From the NCBI RefSeq assembly GCF_025526975.1, contig NW_026515699.1:124001-188000 (forward strand): 64,000 nt of DNA. Direction: 5' to 3'. Of this stretch, positions 12,454 through 25,404 are shown piece by piece. A program made the translations under genes and the position numbers. The DNA comes from Fimicolochytrium jonesii (lineage: Eukaryota). Each line of letters opens with the position of its first letter. The stretch's first letter is position 1. The notes under the pieces were generated by a model, which saw only the letters and a program-made list of their open reading frames with translations, had not been told where the DNA came from and did not search any database.

Positions 12454-13232
12454 ATGCCCCCTACGACGACCGAAGACCCCCTGGCGTCCGTAGCGGCCGA
12501 CCACCCCCTCAGGCCCATGCTTGAGAAATACAGGGACACACTTTTCAAGGAACAAGAAGGCATGCCCTCGGATCGCGGCGACGGCAACTTCGCGATCAAC
12601 CTCAAGCCCGGGTCCAAACCGGTGATGCAGCCCCTCCAGCACCTTGGCCCCGACGAACTTGAGGAACTCAGCAAGCAGCTCACAAGGCTAATGGAGAAAG
12701 GGTAGATCTCGCACTCCCGCAGCCCATAGGGTGCCCCAGTGCTCTTTGCCCCCAAGAAGGATGGGGGGCCTGCGCTGCTGTATCAACTGAACAAGATGAC
12801 CCACAAGGACGCTACCCCTTTACCCAACCTGCAGGAGCTGCGCGACCGCCTCATGGGCATGCAATGGTTCACCGGCCTCGACATTTGCGACGCGTACCAC
12901 TGTTTAATGATCCGCCAGGAAGATCGCGAGAAAACTGCATTTCGCACCCGCTTCGGTCATTTCAAATACAATGTTATGCCATTCGGGCTGACCAACGCTC
13001 CCGTGACCTTCCAGCGTTTAACAAACAAACTCTTGGGAGACAAATACGACCCACACCTGATCTCCTACCTCGATGACATCCTCATTTTCAGCAGGGATCT
13101 AGACACTCACAAGCGGCCCGTCGACAAAGTCCTTCAAACACTCACGCGGCACTCCTTGCACGTAAAACCGTCCAAATGCCAATGGGCCGTATCCGAGGTC
13201 GAGTTCTGCGGTCATATGGTTGGCAGGGACGG
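12454..13232 (+). mobile_element. Ty3/gypsy reverse transcriptase remnant with in-frame stops and a deletion
   Basis: KG*I…SP*GAPVLFAPKKDGG, PLPNLQEL, LDICDAYH, KTAFRTRFGHFKYNVMPFGLTNAPVTFQ, YLDDILIFS, KPSKC…VEFCGH. The LRLCIDY motif is deleted. Confidence 0.95.
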
Positions 13233-13234
13233 TA

Positions 13235-13425
13235 CAGTCACGTCTCAGTTGACAGAAATTCAGTACAAACTGCATGGGGAAGCTGCCTCCGTCGATACAG
13301 ACCTGGTTTCAGCAAGTCGATGGGAACTGCAACAGCTTCTTGCGGAGTGGGATCCAATTGATGTCCACAACGCAGATGAGACAGGCTTATTCTGGAAGTT
13401 GCCCCCAAATACCACCCTTCCCACG
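13235..13425 (+). mobile_element. pogo/Tigger (CENP-B-like) DDE transposase fragment inserted at TA into the gypsy RT
   Basis: LHGEAASVD…WDPIDVHNADETGLFWKLPPNTTL; the junction reads TA|CAGTCACGTCTCAG. Confidence 0.85.
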
Positions 13426-13938
13426 GCACGAATACCGCAACCCAGATCCACAGCACCGACAGATGTAATTTCCTCTTCTGTTCCGGTGTGGCCCCTCAGC
13501 CAGAAATCCCCGCCTCCTTCAACTTACTTTCACCTGGCTTCACATTTGTTGTGCTTGTGTCGCGCGTGTAAAAAAGAGCAGCTGAGAGCGAACAGGTCGA
13601 GGCATCACTTCGTTTTGTTTTCGATTTTTTTATTCGGAGTCGGGTGTGGAAGAGTTGACAAGGTTGAAAGTACAACCGAGTTTCCACGATGATGAAGTAC
13701 TACCAAACAATTGTGAAATGGGGTCGTCGAGGAGTACGCTTACCCAAAGGGGCCCCCCGGTTCAGTCGCCTGGGAGGTCGTATTTGACGTTTCCGAGGTT
13801 GGGATTTGCGCTAGGGGCGAAATGCGTTTGCGTGGACGCCAGATCGTCCTCTAAATTGGGTTCTGCGAGCAATGCGCGTCGGCGCGGTGGTTCTTGAGCG
13901 TATCGTCCCTCGAGAGTGTGGCCCCTAACTCGACGAGG

Positions 13939-14142
13939 CTATATAACTCCACCAATGTAACCGCAAGGAGTGTGCTGCTTTGGTGTCAAATACGCTAAAA
14001 AGATATCGTTGACAACGTGCGGCAAGCTTATCTGGCCCACCGTGTCCTTCTCGCGCAAGAAATGCTGTCGAACTTCGATCTGCTTGGTACGAGATGTTGG
14101 TTTGTTATTGTCCGCGAGGTCGATGGCGCCGCAGCCGATCAA
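13939..14142 (-). mobile_element. Ty1/copia RNase H C-terminal remnant
   Basis: GAIDLADNNKPTSRTKQIEVRQHFLREK…GQISL matches the recalled copia consensus GAIALAKNP…RTKHIDIRYHFLRE. Confidence 0.85.
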
Positions 14143-14758
14143 AGGTCCACCGCAAAGTCTAGCTCGGTCAGAAATATTGCAATCCAGATTGCTTCTTGAA
14201 CAGCAGCGGCCAAAGTTGTGTATTCAGGTCCGGCATCCCAGAATGCGACGGTAGATGAAAACGGCAAGCGTAGTAGCCGCAGATCGACTGGCCGTGCTCG
14301 TTCTTGATGCAGAAGATGAACGGTCCTAGATCTGCGAGTATCGGCGTCCGTGCGTCGCTCGCAGATCCGTTCTGTGCGTGCCTGGACGTCGTGGCGGCAA
14401 ATGAACTGGCAAAACCGTCATGCGAACTTCCTGGAAGTCTGCGAGCAACGCAGCCGCATGGGCATCTCCATCGTCCCCGCTCCTCCCCTCCCTATATGTC
14501 CTCGACGTATGTTCCAGCTATTCCCTTTTGCATATATTATCGCAATCGATTCGATGTGGTATACGCGGCGCAAAACAAGTAATCTAAAGACGGAACAGGC
14601 AGTACCTTTAATGCTCTCCGTGTAAGTAACGGTTTCATCACCACGCTGTTCCCAGCATTCCGCCTTGAGGCTAACGACAGGAAAAAACGCCAAGCAATCC
14701 CTGCGCGGGCTGCACTGACATGTAACTTTACACGCAGCGTACTTCGAACAGTCTGCCC

Positions 14759-14928
14759 AAGTAAGAACTGGACCGGATCGTCACATCCGTTCGGAACAGG
14801 GTTCCACAAGTCCCGAAACCCTAACCCTAACCCTAACCCTAACCCTGCCGAAGTAAGAACTGGACAGGGTTCCACAAGTCCCAACCCTAACCATAATAAT
14901 ACCTAACCCTAACCATAACCATAACCTT
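14759..14928. repeat. Interstitial (CCCTAA)n tracts within a duplicated module
   Basis: About 5 perfect CCCTAA units at 14817-14847 and degenerate units at 14881-14927. Each tract is preceded by aagtaagaactggac…agggttccacaagtccc. Confidence 0.9.
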
Positions 14929-15303
14929 CAGGCGTGCCGCGCACTGGCAATGCGATGCTGGTGCATTGCACTGTCTACAGATGCGGGCTTGGCCCAATGC
15001 AGCGTTCAATATTCTTGCAACAGAAACAGAGTTCCGTGGCCGCGCAAGTCCAATGGAGTTCAGCGGCTCTCATCTTTGCAGGCATGCGACGTCAAGAAAC
15101 TGAACCAGCGCGCTTTGGAAAGCAGTCAACATCAGGAAGTAGAACACCGCAACCCGCAACCAAGGATTTCAGATTTGGAGATAATTCATTCGATGTAGGT
15201 CAGAAGCAATTATACATGAGGAGTTTATACAATGAGTGAATACAATGATGGGTTATATTTCAATGGAACGTCGTGGCAAATCTTGATCTTGAACTGATCG
15301 GAA

Positions 15304-15650
15304 GCTTGAAGACCTCTTATCCGTCGAAGTACGCAGCACACGATCCCAAAAGGACCGCCGGACCTAGCCTTGCGAGCTGTTCCACCCACCGTTGTGCGGT
15401 CCAAGACCTGCCACGCCGTAGGGGTCATTGCAAAACTAAGGATTTGAGGTTGTCGATGGACTTGAAGGTGCCGACGAGCTTGAAGGACCTCATCTCCGTC
15501 GAAGTACGCAGCACACGATCCCAAAAGGACCGCCGGACCTAGCCTTGCGAGCTGTTCCACCCACCGTTGCGCGGTCCAGTTGACCTGCCACGCCGTAGGG
15601 GTCATTGCAAAACTAAGAAGATGAGGTTGCCGATGGAGCTTGAAGGTGTT
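15304..15650. repeat. ~175-bp tandem duplication
   Basis: ccgtcgaagtacgcagcacacgatcccaaaaggaccgccggacctagccttgcg…ggggtcattgcaaaactaag occurs twice. Confidence 0.9.
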
Positions 15651-17651
15651 GAAGAACTTGAAGGAGCCAATGAAGCCTGAAGAACGGGAAGGAAAAGATA
15701 TGCGGAGATCAGAACCGGAAGGAGCGAAACAATATACGAGTCGACGAAAGATTTCAGAGGAGCCCAGGTACTTACCGATGTGGGAAGTTGCGAGCGGATG
15801 TGGAAAAAAGTTGAGGGAAGACGGTTGAGGGTCTGGGGTTTTATACTCGTTTGCGGATGCGAGGGCGGTGGAGCGAGCGAGCGGCTGAAAACGTGGCAGA
15901 GCCGGGCCATGATGGCCCTAGCCTGGCCAAAACCGCCCTGGAGGCCTCAGACCCGCGGGGATGGATAGCCCGGCGCGTTCCTGCCAATTCCAGCCTGATT
16001 GACGGCCATTGTCGAAAGAGATCGCGTGGTAACGTAAGCAGCGGAGAACGCGTTTTCCGATATACCGAGCTGGTGGCAACACCGACAGACCATCCCTAGG
16101 CCCTAGACGTGCCAACTATAACAATACTGCCCCGCATCCTCATGCTGCAAAGCCTCCCACTCCTTGCGTGATTCATATCATGATATCATCGATGCGCGTC
16201 ATGTGCCGAAGTTGTCATGCCATCAATAGTTAGTTGCGACGGTGGTATGTCGAATGATCAATATCGCCGCGACCTTCCAGAATGTGCACTTTAGAGATGA
16301 GATATTTCTAATACAAAGCGGAGACTCTGAAATCCTCTAAAGTGCGTGATTGGCACGATTGAGTCAATAGTTGCTAAGGCACTGTTTGCCACGTTATACA
16401 GGACGTCAATTGAGTAACGATGTAAACTCAACGATCCCCAGATCCGCGGATACATATGAGACGGAACCTGTCCAGTATCGCATCACACGATGGAAGATCT
16501 GGTATTACTTACCGCTTGCATTATTCTGAGTGAACATGACAAGTACTACAGTTGGACATTCCGCCATCATTGGAAGCTGCATATGCCGTCCAGATGCTTG
16601 CATGCCTCCGCCCCATGTTGCGACAGAGTGAAGTCAGTAAGGCTGGCACTGACGTTTCTCGCGGACTATAAGGCGTGCATGGTGAAACTGGAGGCCGTTG
16701 TGCCGTGGCCAGATTTTGATGATACATTCATTACATTGTTTCACGGATGAGTTATTCTATGGAAACGAAATCATCATGGATCCAAAATGCAGGTATTGAC
16801 CATGATTGAAGGTACATAGGAGGAGTTGTGCGCGCCATCCACCAGATACTAGTTTCGCATATCTTTGGCCCTCGACGATTTAATGATATATACAGACAAT
16901 CCATTGAGCACCCTCCTCCATCTTAGATGCAGTCAGCTTATCCTCCTCCATCTGCATACCGCCAGTAGGTCAAACCGGCGAGCTAGAAGCATTTCATCTT
17001 TATACCTCTCCTGCCAGCTGTTGATCGGGTTCCATCACCGCTTGGTACCAGATTCCGCACGTCGGTTTATTCGCATCCAAACATGACCGGCGACTATCTT
17101 TGACTAAACTTTTCTTATAGGTTGCCCACTCCAAGGCTTCGGGACACGCATCTACCAGATCGGCATCATGCTCAGTCGCATTTGAAAAAGGTCGTACGTT
17201 TTTGAGATACCGGTTGCGCACGGTCCCAGCTGTAGACCAAGGTGGCTGCCAAATACCACGTCTGGGCCCAATGACGAATGTCTTTAATGATGTTCACCGT
17301 TGGCTCCATACATTGTTCGTGAATAAGTTTCAGTGGAGCGGACCGCTTTTGTTTGCAATTCATCCTTCATTTGCACCCACCGGATTGTTTCTGGCCCTTT
17401 CGTCGGTGTCCTTAAGAAGGGTCACCAGCGAGTACGTCTTTTCACTTCCACTGAATGCCCTTTGAGGGAGTTTGCGACGGAAAAAACAGGAACTTATCGG
17501 GAGTCTTGCCCCAAACTCGCACAAGCCGCGGCAAACGGCCATCAGTCAGCCCTTTCTCAGGCCTTCAACTTCCCCTTCTCCATTGAAACCCCGTCTTATA
17601 TGTCCAGTGCCCGGTGCACCACACGGCCACCTTTGCGTCCTCGATAGTTCT

Positions 17652-17787
17652 TACAAGGCTGACCACGGCGGCGTTGCCGCCTCCAGAAAAGACTCTAGAT
17701 CCGTGGACGCCGCAGACGTCAACCTTTCGCGCGAAATAACTTACAGTTAGGGTGACACGCGCGAGTAACAGCCTTCCGCGCGAAATG
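17652..17787. repeat. Dispersed repeat related to 28255-28505
   Basis: tacaaggctg(a/g)ccacggcggcgttgccg is shared in direct orientation. 17723-17787 is the reverse complement of ~28407-28470. Confidence 0.85.
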
Positions 17788-18971
17788 AAGGAGTTCGTTT
17801 CTTATTCCTCTACGCAAGTACCTTTCTGCGCAGTGGATGGTGAAAGCATTCGGTAGGGATGAGTCGGGCACCATCCTTTCATATCGTAGACCGCTAGCAG
17901 TTCTAAAGCAGACATGGACATACGGCGTTTATTATCTGCGTGGAATAGTTTATTGGGCATGTATCATAATGGCAAACAGGATGTTTGATTGACCTGCTGG
18001 ACGGCCAGAACTTTCCCATACCTTTCTCCATCCCTAACGCACACATCATTTACACAGCCGTTGATGCCCCAAGGTTTCAGGTTTGGATCAACCCGGCAAT
18101 CAGACATCGACTTCAGCACGTTGGCGTGGGCAAATCGGACAAGCGCACGCGATTGACAGTACGCGATTGGACAGTCCGCTCGGACAACAGCGGGCAAAGT
18201 TGGGATGTACATTTCAGAATCAATTCAACGACGAAAGAATATTTACTTAAAAAAACAGCCACCCAAACAGACAAACAAGGGTAGAAGAAAAGGAAAAGAT
18301 GTTTTGCGCGAGAAGGAAGAAGGCCCTTTATATACACCGAGATCAGCTATGCGAAATGCTGTAGCGAACGATGAGAGGTTTGCCTGCTGGCTACTTTCGT
18401 TTTCATGTTACCAGTTACTAATTGTTTTACTAATTGTTTTACCAATTAGAGAGGTTTCAGAAGGGCATGGAAGAGTTCTTTCTTGGCGAATATCCCACAT
18501 ATCCCATCATGGAGCAGAAGGCGCAGGTGGGGGAAGAAGGGATTCGTCATCCTACAGAAGGCACGGACTTATCCCTTGGCGCACAGCAGAGGGATCCGTG
18601 CCGAGCTATCTTCTTGTGCTATTGAGAGACCGGCAGCTTATTTTCCTGACACCCGATTGTACCCCCTCGATTCGACAGACCCTCGCTTCTGCCGCCCACC
18701 ACCACATTTACTGGCCGCCAAGGGATAAGTACGTTTATAATATATATACCGCTTGTCAACTTGAGATCAGACGGGGGGGAAATCACATGAAATCCTCGTA
18801 TCGTTCCCCCCCCCCCCCCCGGATCCATCAGCGAGAATGATGGTGAATGCTGCCAATTGCACCTGATTCATATGATTCAAGGCTCTATCCTCATCTTTGT
18901 ACTACAGTAAGTGGTCATTACGTATCAGAGGCGTCTTTTATGCTTGTGCGCGACGCGTGGCGATGGGAAAG

Positions 18972-19143
18972 GATGGGGAAGATGGCCTTTTTTTTTGGCG
19001 CTCATCACTCTTGTCCCACGACAACGGAAGAAGGGATTCCCCCCATCTGCCCCTTCTGATGTGCCTTCGGTAAGGAGGATTACCGTCATAGTGGGTGGGA
19101 CAAGAGTGACGAGCGCCAAAAAAAAACGGCCATCTCCCCCATC
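18972..19143. mobile_element. Foldback/MITE with ~48-bp inverted arms
   Basis: gatggggaagatggcc(t)nggcgctcatcactcttgtcccac (18972-19019) pairs with gtgggacaagagtgacgagcgcc(a)ncggccatctcccccatc (19095-19143). Confidence 0.85.
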
Positions 19144-19209
19144 TCCCCCCCCCCCCCCCATTATCACGCGTAGCGCTCAAGCATACATGTAAATAAAGCG
19201 GACGCCCGT

Positions 19210-19650
19210 CCCCAACTCCTCAACTTTACACCCATCCTGCACGCAACATCCTGCACGCAAAACCTGATAATGACCACTTACTACGAGGACGAGGACAGAG
19301 CCCTGACGCCAGAAGAACTCTACCAGGTTCAGCAGAAGGTGGAGCATTGGTGGACCGCCAATATCTCGACGACGGTGGGACCTGTTGTGTTGGAATCACC
19401 CGATGGTTGGGCTTTCTTGCCCTCAGAAGAGATGAAACAAGATCTGGCGAACCTTTCGCGAAAGGCTTTGTTGGCATTGATATCGATGAGCCCTGGTAAG
19501 TATCCTTGTTTGCTGTTCCGTGGGGATTATGAACCTAGGTATGATCGAATGCTCATCACCGCCCTGTTTTGATTGTACCTTTTTTTTATCTTCAGTGCGG
19601 CAGACCCGACGCTTCTTTGTTATGGAACTTTGCCGCAGGGATAGATTGAG
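19210..19650 (+). pseudogene. Family A copy 2, with a 1-nt frameshift relative to copy 3
   Basis: MTTYYEDEDRALTPEEL…WW at 19270. atgaaacaagatct here versus atgaaaagaagatct in copy 3. A homologous intron lies at 19496-19595. Confidence 0.65.
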
Positions 19651-20906
19651 AGATGAGAAGAGACGTAGAGCTGCCGATAAGAAGAAGTGAGTCTTTATAC
19701 TGTGGTGTGTGGTAAGAGGGGGGGGGGGGGGGGGGGGTGCACTCCTCTTTTTCTATCCTGAAGGCATATTCAGTTCCAACGCTCAAAAAAAACTTCATAT
19801 TGCAGCTGAAAGGGATCATACCTCTAGCATTTACACTTCCTACGGCGGCCTATTGAGATCATCCGCTTACATCCCAGCCTCATCCGCACTACGCCATTCA
19901 AGTTCAAATGGCTACTGTCGGTTTTCACACGCGTGCAGCTTGTTGGCACGATAAATGGACCGGATAATGGAGTAGATTCACTTCCTTAGGACGATCTGAT
20001 TTGTGACGTATGAACTTGGATGGGAACCCGTATTAACTTGATTAGGTAGTTGCGTATGAAGTTATAAATCAGCATGTGAATAAGAAAAAGATGTGCGTAT
20101 CAAAATATACTGCTCTATGTGAACTGAAAATGCGTTCAGGATGGCGAATACAAGTTACAAGTTACAAGTTACAAGATACAAGTTAGGCGAATGGCGGGTT
20201 GCATTCGACTGACTAATGAGCCAAAGGTGGTCACAAGCCCACAACCTAGCAGCAGGGAATCCAGAGGGGTTAGCCGCCTTCTATTTTCTCTCTGTGAAAG
20301 CATGTATATACTGTCTTTACATCACATCAAACTCAATATGTGCTTGATCTCAAGATCACAACTCTGTAAATTTTGGTCTTTCATCTAAATGAGATCGACG
20401 CTCGATACATACAGGACATTGAATGTAACGGCTGCGTTCAGGATCGGGCAAATCGATGGGACAAAAAGCTGACGCCCAGACCCGGTCTTGTGAGTTGCTG
20501 GTGCTGCTGAGGACGGCCGACGGGTGCTGCGGCAGTGCTGCTGGTGAGGATGCGTGTTGTCTGGAGCTTCGGACATCCCTTGCCCCAAGGAGGGCCCCCG
20601 ATCGAAAGATCAAAAGGCTCCAGCACGTTCAATAGGCATTTCAAGCGGTTGGGATCAGAGTTCCAATGGAAAACAACACTGAGGGAAAAGATTGATTTCT
20701 AATTTTGCATAGATCGCTACGGGGGTTGCGCGGGTATGATGAACAACCGCCGCCAATTGATATACTACTAGGCGGATTGGTACAGTCTGGCTGGATTTCA
20801 GGGTGACGCTTAGTCTGACAAGACGGCTACGGTTAAGGGTTTGCCTGGCGACGGCTAACGTAGATTGAAGAATAGCTTGCACCATTTGAACCCGTCACTT
20901 AGTGCG

Positions 20907-21136
20907 CAAAGGTTCTAATTGATTTCGATTTGAAGATTCTGACCGAACATAAACCGCACTGCATAGTGTGTACAACATACAACATACTTGGAAGGGTTAG
21001 GGTTAGGTTGGGGTTAGGATTGTTAGGGTTAGGATGGTTACTTGAAGGGTTAGGGTTAGGTTGGGGTTAGGGTTGTTAGGGTTAGGGTGGTTAGGGTTAG
21101 AGTTAGGGTTAGAATTTCAATCACGTAGAACCTTTG
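20907..21136. mobile_element. Inverted-repeat-bounded element filled with degenerate TTAGGG repeats
   Basis: caaaggttcta (20907) and tagaacctttg (ending 21136) form a perfect 11-bp IR with further imperfect pairing. Inside is a ~53-bp telomeric unit duplicated at 20985-21093. Confidence 0.65.
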
Positions 21137-21486
21137 GGCTAGGGAAGTTAGGGTCAGGACTAGGGTTCAGAGCATAGTCCGACAAGACCGAGACTCGGTC
21201 TTGACCAGTGACCAAACGCCTTGCCACAGGTTGAACCAGTCCCTGCAACAAGCCCACTCCAACAGGCCTCCATTAGATTCAATGTCTTCAACCCACACTC
21301 AACTGCTCTCTCATAACACTCCGCATACAATCGCAATCAAAGCAAGATATCTTCCTTCAAAGTCGCCCTATGCATGATCTCCTTCCATGTATCCTGGGTA
21401 CTCTTCGAATCCCATTCACGCCAGGCATCTTCGTTTGATGACCTAGGGCAGGCTCGAAATCACTTGCTAGTCGAACCGTGATCTCA

Positions 21487-21512
21487 GGGTTAGGGTTAGG
21501 CTTAGGGTTAGG
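21487..21512 (+). repeat. Short interstitial TTAGGG tract
   Basis: agggttagggttaggcttagggttagg. Confidence 0.85.
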
Positions 21513-24184
21513 AACATCGTCAACCCGGTTGTCATCGTCCCCTTGACCGGGGCGACCGTGGCCACCTCACTTGGCGCAGAGAACATCCCGCGCCATTAGG
21601 TTCGGTAAAGTGGAGGTCCGTATGCACACGAGAAAGTCGTAAGATCCAGGCTAGCCTCTGTGATGTAGAGATGAAAATCGGGTGGCGAGCGCCAAAAAAA
21701 CGGTCAACGCGTACAGTAGGGGTAACTGGTTATGTGCCACCATGAAAGTCACTGACCCCCGGCTGTCTGCCTATATGTATATAGAACCAGATCGCGATGG
21801 GTGCAGGATATACGGAGCGTTACCTCTCGCACACGGCGGCGGACCAGCAGGGACCTCAGAAATGATAAACAGGACTGCCGGACAAGTGAAAAACGCCAAA
21901 GGGGCACATCCTCAACTGCGATACGTTTCGATTGAGGCCCCTCTCCAAACGACGTATCCTCGATCGCCAAGCTGCACATGTAATATAAGACAAACGCGAC
22001 AATAGCAGCAACACCTTGCTATCTCCTCAGTGAGTGAAGAAGTCAATGCAAGTCCGAACGTCATCCACTTGCTCGACGAAGGAGAACAACTCCGCAGTTC
22101 AGCCATCACACTCCGCGGCCGATAAGGATTCAGTTCTCGATTAAGCTTCCTTTGACGTTGCATGGTAGCACCACCTACCAACTAGCACCATCAAGCCATT
22201 CGTCGTCGTCACCATTATCGCACCCGTCAGCAAACTGCCATGCAGGCGATGGGAAACGGCGCCCTCTCTGCTGATTCGAAAAAATCGAATGGCTGGTTAC
22301 CGATAGAGAAACTCCAGACTTGCTGGAAAGTCCAGCAAATGGCTCCTCTTCCACTCATGTACAAGTCTCTCCAAGTTGGTTCCAAGAAACGTTTCGAAGG
22401 AGGGACGACATAGTATTACATGGTCCAGCTTCATTGAGGTTTTGTGGGTAATCTCATTACCATGTATATGCTGTAACCGTGTGTATATATAATATAGGTA
22501 CTGTAAACGCTCTCGGAGCCACTCCGAATCGGAAATGACAGCTTTCAATCTTCAAATTCAAAGTCCACAGATTCACGCTGTCGATCTTTCCCAAATTCCG
22601 CCCTCATTTTTACCGTGGCCGGAAAGTGTTATGCTGAACATGTCAAAATTGTTTGCGAGATAAGATATATGCATACGTACAACCCTTCGCTGAGTGCGGT
22701 CAATTCAGGAGTTTTTAGGAGACTAAACCAAGTGGAATACTCAAACGTAAGTACAGTACATGAGCATTCTGCTCTCGCTCGCCAGTCGAAGGGAAGTACG
22801 CGTTTCCGGCACTTGGCGGGCCCGCACGCGCGGTGGCACGCGTTTACCCCTTACTCCTTGCTTGCGCAGAACCACCCTTCTCGCAGACACATGGAATTGG
22901 ACATCACCGACCGCCGTAGACACTATCGGATTGCGCCATTTGCAAGGGGCTCCGCTGACAAAAGCCGGATTGCGGTGGCGCAGCCGATTGCGGGTGGCAC
23001 AGCCATGGAAGGCCGAGCTGCGCTGTCGCGGGCCAGGGCACGCGTGCTTGTTTTGCGCGCATAAATAGCCGACCTCCCTCGTCCGTCCTCTTCGTTTCTC
23101 TTCATCTTTTTCCGGCCTTTTCAACTCACCGTCTTTATCTAACTGGTTGTGTTTGCTTACACGGCGCTTGGTGCTTGATTCTCCGGTGGGCTCCCATATC
23201 TTGCTAACACTGACTTGCATGGCCACTTGGTGGAGTACTGATCGCTGTGTGTACAGGGGGATAAGCGTTTGTGACTCCGAGATGGAGGGACAGGTTGTCA
23301 CACTCAGAGATGTAGTGGCAACCGCGTTTTCATTTTCAGGAATACCGTTCGACGAGCATGGCTGGCGACGGCTGGACCCAACGCTCACCGCGAGGAGGTG
23401 GTTCCGTGTCGCTAACACGCATCATAAGATGTGCGACCCGGTCCATTCGCCATCGGGAGTTAAGCACGACGCACTGCTCATTGGTTGAGGGACGGAGCAG
23501 TGTCTACGGCTAAGATTGGGTGTTCGACGGCGGTCTCCAGTATTCGGACATGCGCCGAGGGGCCGGTCACAGCATCTCCTGACATGCTTTAGAACGGTAT
23601 TCCTGTATTTTTTGTGTTGTAAAAATGTGAGTTTTGTTGCTTCCTCTCCGTCTAAACTTTTACTTTCTCGTCTTTGTTTCGTTTCCTTTTTTGCTGCTTC
23701 GTTCCGTCTTGGTTTGGATACTAACTTCTCATTGTCTCATTTCCAGTTTTCTTCTAGACATTCACGCGGTTGCCACTGCTCATCGGACTGGATCTTGGAG
23801 AATAGCTCTCCCTTCGAACGTGTTTGCTGCTCATGCAATATCTTCTCTTTTTTAGGCGGGAACCCAGCTGGACAGCCTTCTCGTGGCGGTTCCTGTTGTA
23901 GTACTCGCTTGCGAGGAAACCAATGGTCCAGTTCAAGATTGTTCAAGATTGATCGCGTTCACTTTGTATTTGCTCACTTTGTATATGATATCTTGCTCTA
24001 CAATACAAATTGCATTTCGCACTGCTTGTGTCGCAATCATCTGCATCTAAGGTCACATGTTGCATATCCTTTCTAAGTGTCCATCGCGAGCTGCCATTGA
24101 AATGAAAGCGTCGACCGCTGCACTCATCATCCTCAACCACGGCATCAGTCTCCTAATACTTTGTGCCTCCCCTGTTCGCAGCTA

Positions 24185-24364
24185 TCACCGCAGCGCATTT
24201 TCTGAGCATGGATCGCTGGGGTCGTTGTTTCGAAAGACTTTCAAGGTTCTCTTGACTGCGGTAATGCCGACTCGCTCATGAATTGCCAGCTCCATGGTGC
24301 TTTTCCCGGCCTTTTTGAGGGCAACGTTGCAGGCTCTCTTCTGTGGTGTGAGAGCCTTACCCAT
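24185..24364 (-). mobile_element. Tc1/mariner-type N-terminal HTH remnant
   Basis: MGKALTPQKRACNVALKKAGKSTMELAIHERVGITAVKRTLKVF resembles a paired-like transposase HTH; it is followed by stops. Confidence 0.5.
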
Positions 24365-25404
24365 GTTGCTGTGGTGTGCTGTTGTGAAAGGTGTCAAGGC
24401 CAAGGTCAGGATGTCGGGTCCAACCTCGCAATTGCGGCAGCATGTCCGTCTGCTTGCTTGGTAGTCGCCAATCGCGGGGGGGCGGCCTGGAAGTCACGGG
24501 TGGTCGCAGACATATATGTTGACACTACGTATCTGTACCTTTCACCGCTTTCATCATTTCGGTCAAACAAACAATTTAACCAAGCGCCTTAATGGGCCTT
24601 CCTCGGCAGAGGACTGGCGGTCCCCGGGCGTTCTCATATCATTGATCTCTGCGAATCGGAGGACATTTCCCATTTCGGCGTTCCTCATTGTAAGGGGCCG
24701 AGAGACGCCGAAAGAGTCGTTGCGTTGGATTGTTTTTGTGGATTTTCAATACAGAAGTGAGAGACAGGTTCATTGAAGTCCTCGCTCTTCCTCCACTTTG
24801 CAGGGCAGCAGATTTGATCATGTCCTGTCCCAATGCCACAATGGCCCAATGTATGCCCCGTGTGCCTTTCGATTCGATGGCGCGTCCGGGAAACTGGACA
24901 TGAGTTGCTCAAGCTTCCCATGCCGTTCGAACGTCGACAAAAAGGGAGACCAAGCTACCAGGTCACGGTCAAGGGATGTAAGACGGGTATAGGAGTCCGC
25001 TTTTCGTTAAATAAATGTACAAGAAAACGAAACGGACCAATGTCTCAATGAAACCAAGCACAACCAAGTCCACGAACAACAAAGTCCCAAAACCAAGAAA
25101 GTCCCAAAAACAAGAAAAGTCTCAAAAACAAGAACGTCCTACTGGCGGTGGCGCTTTCTCGGAGTTGATTGCTGCGAAGATTCGAAATCGATCATGGTTG
25201 GGCCGGATGTCAAGAGAGTCTATATCTTGATGAAACTTACCGGGGTCTCCTCCACTACCACATCAACAAGTAGACGGTGAAGGCGTTCGATCTCCCGTTG
25301 TTGCTAAGGAATGACGTGAACAAAGGAACAGGCATGTGAGTTGTGCCCGGGGCCATCTGGTTGTTCAGTACTCAATCTTACATCTTCTATAATCCGGTCC
25401 TTCT

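Noticed and set aside
17830..18212. DNA methyltransferase-like C-terminal peptide on the minus strand
   Set aside because: The resemblance is too weak and no catalytic motifs were found.
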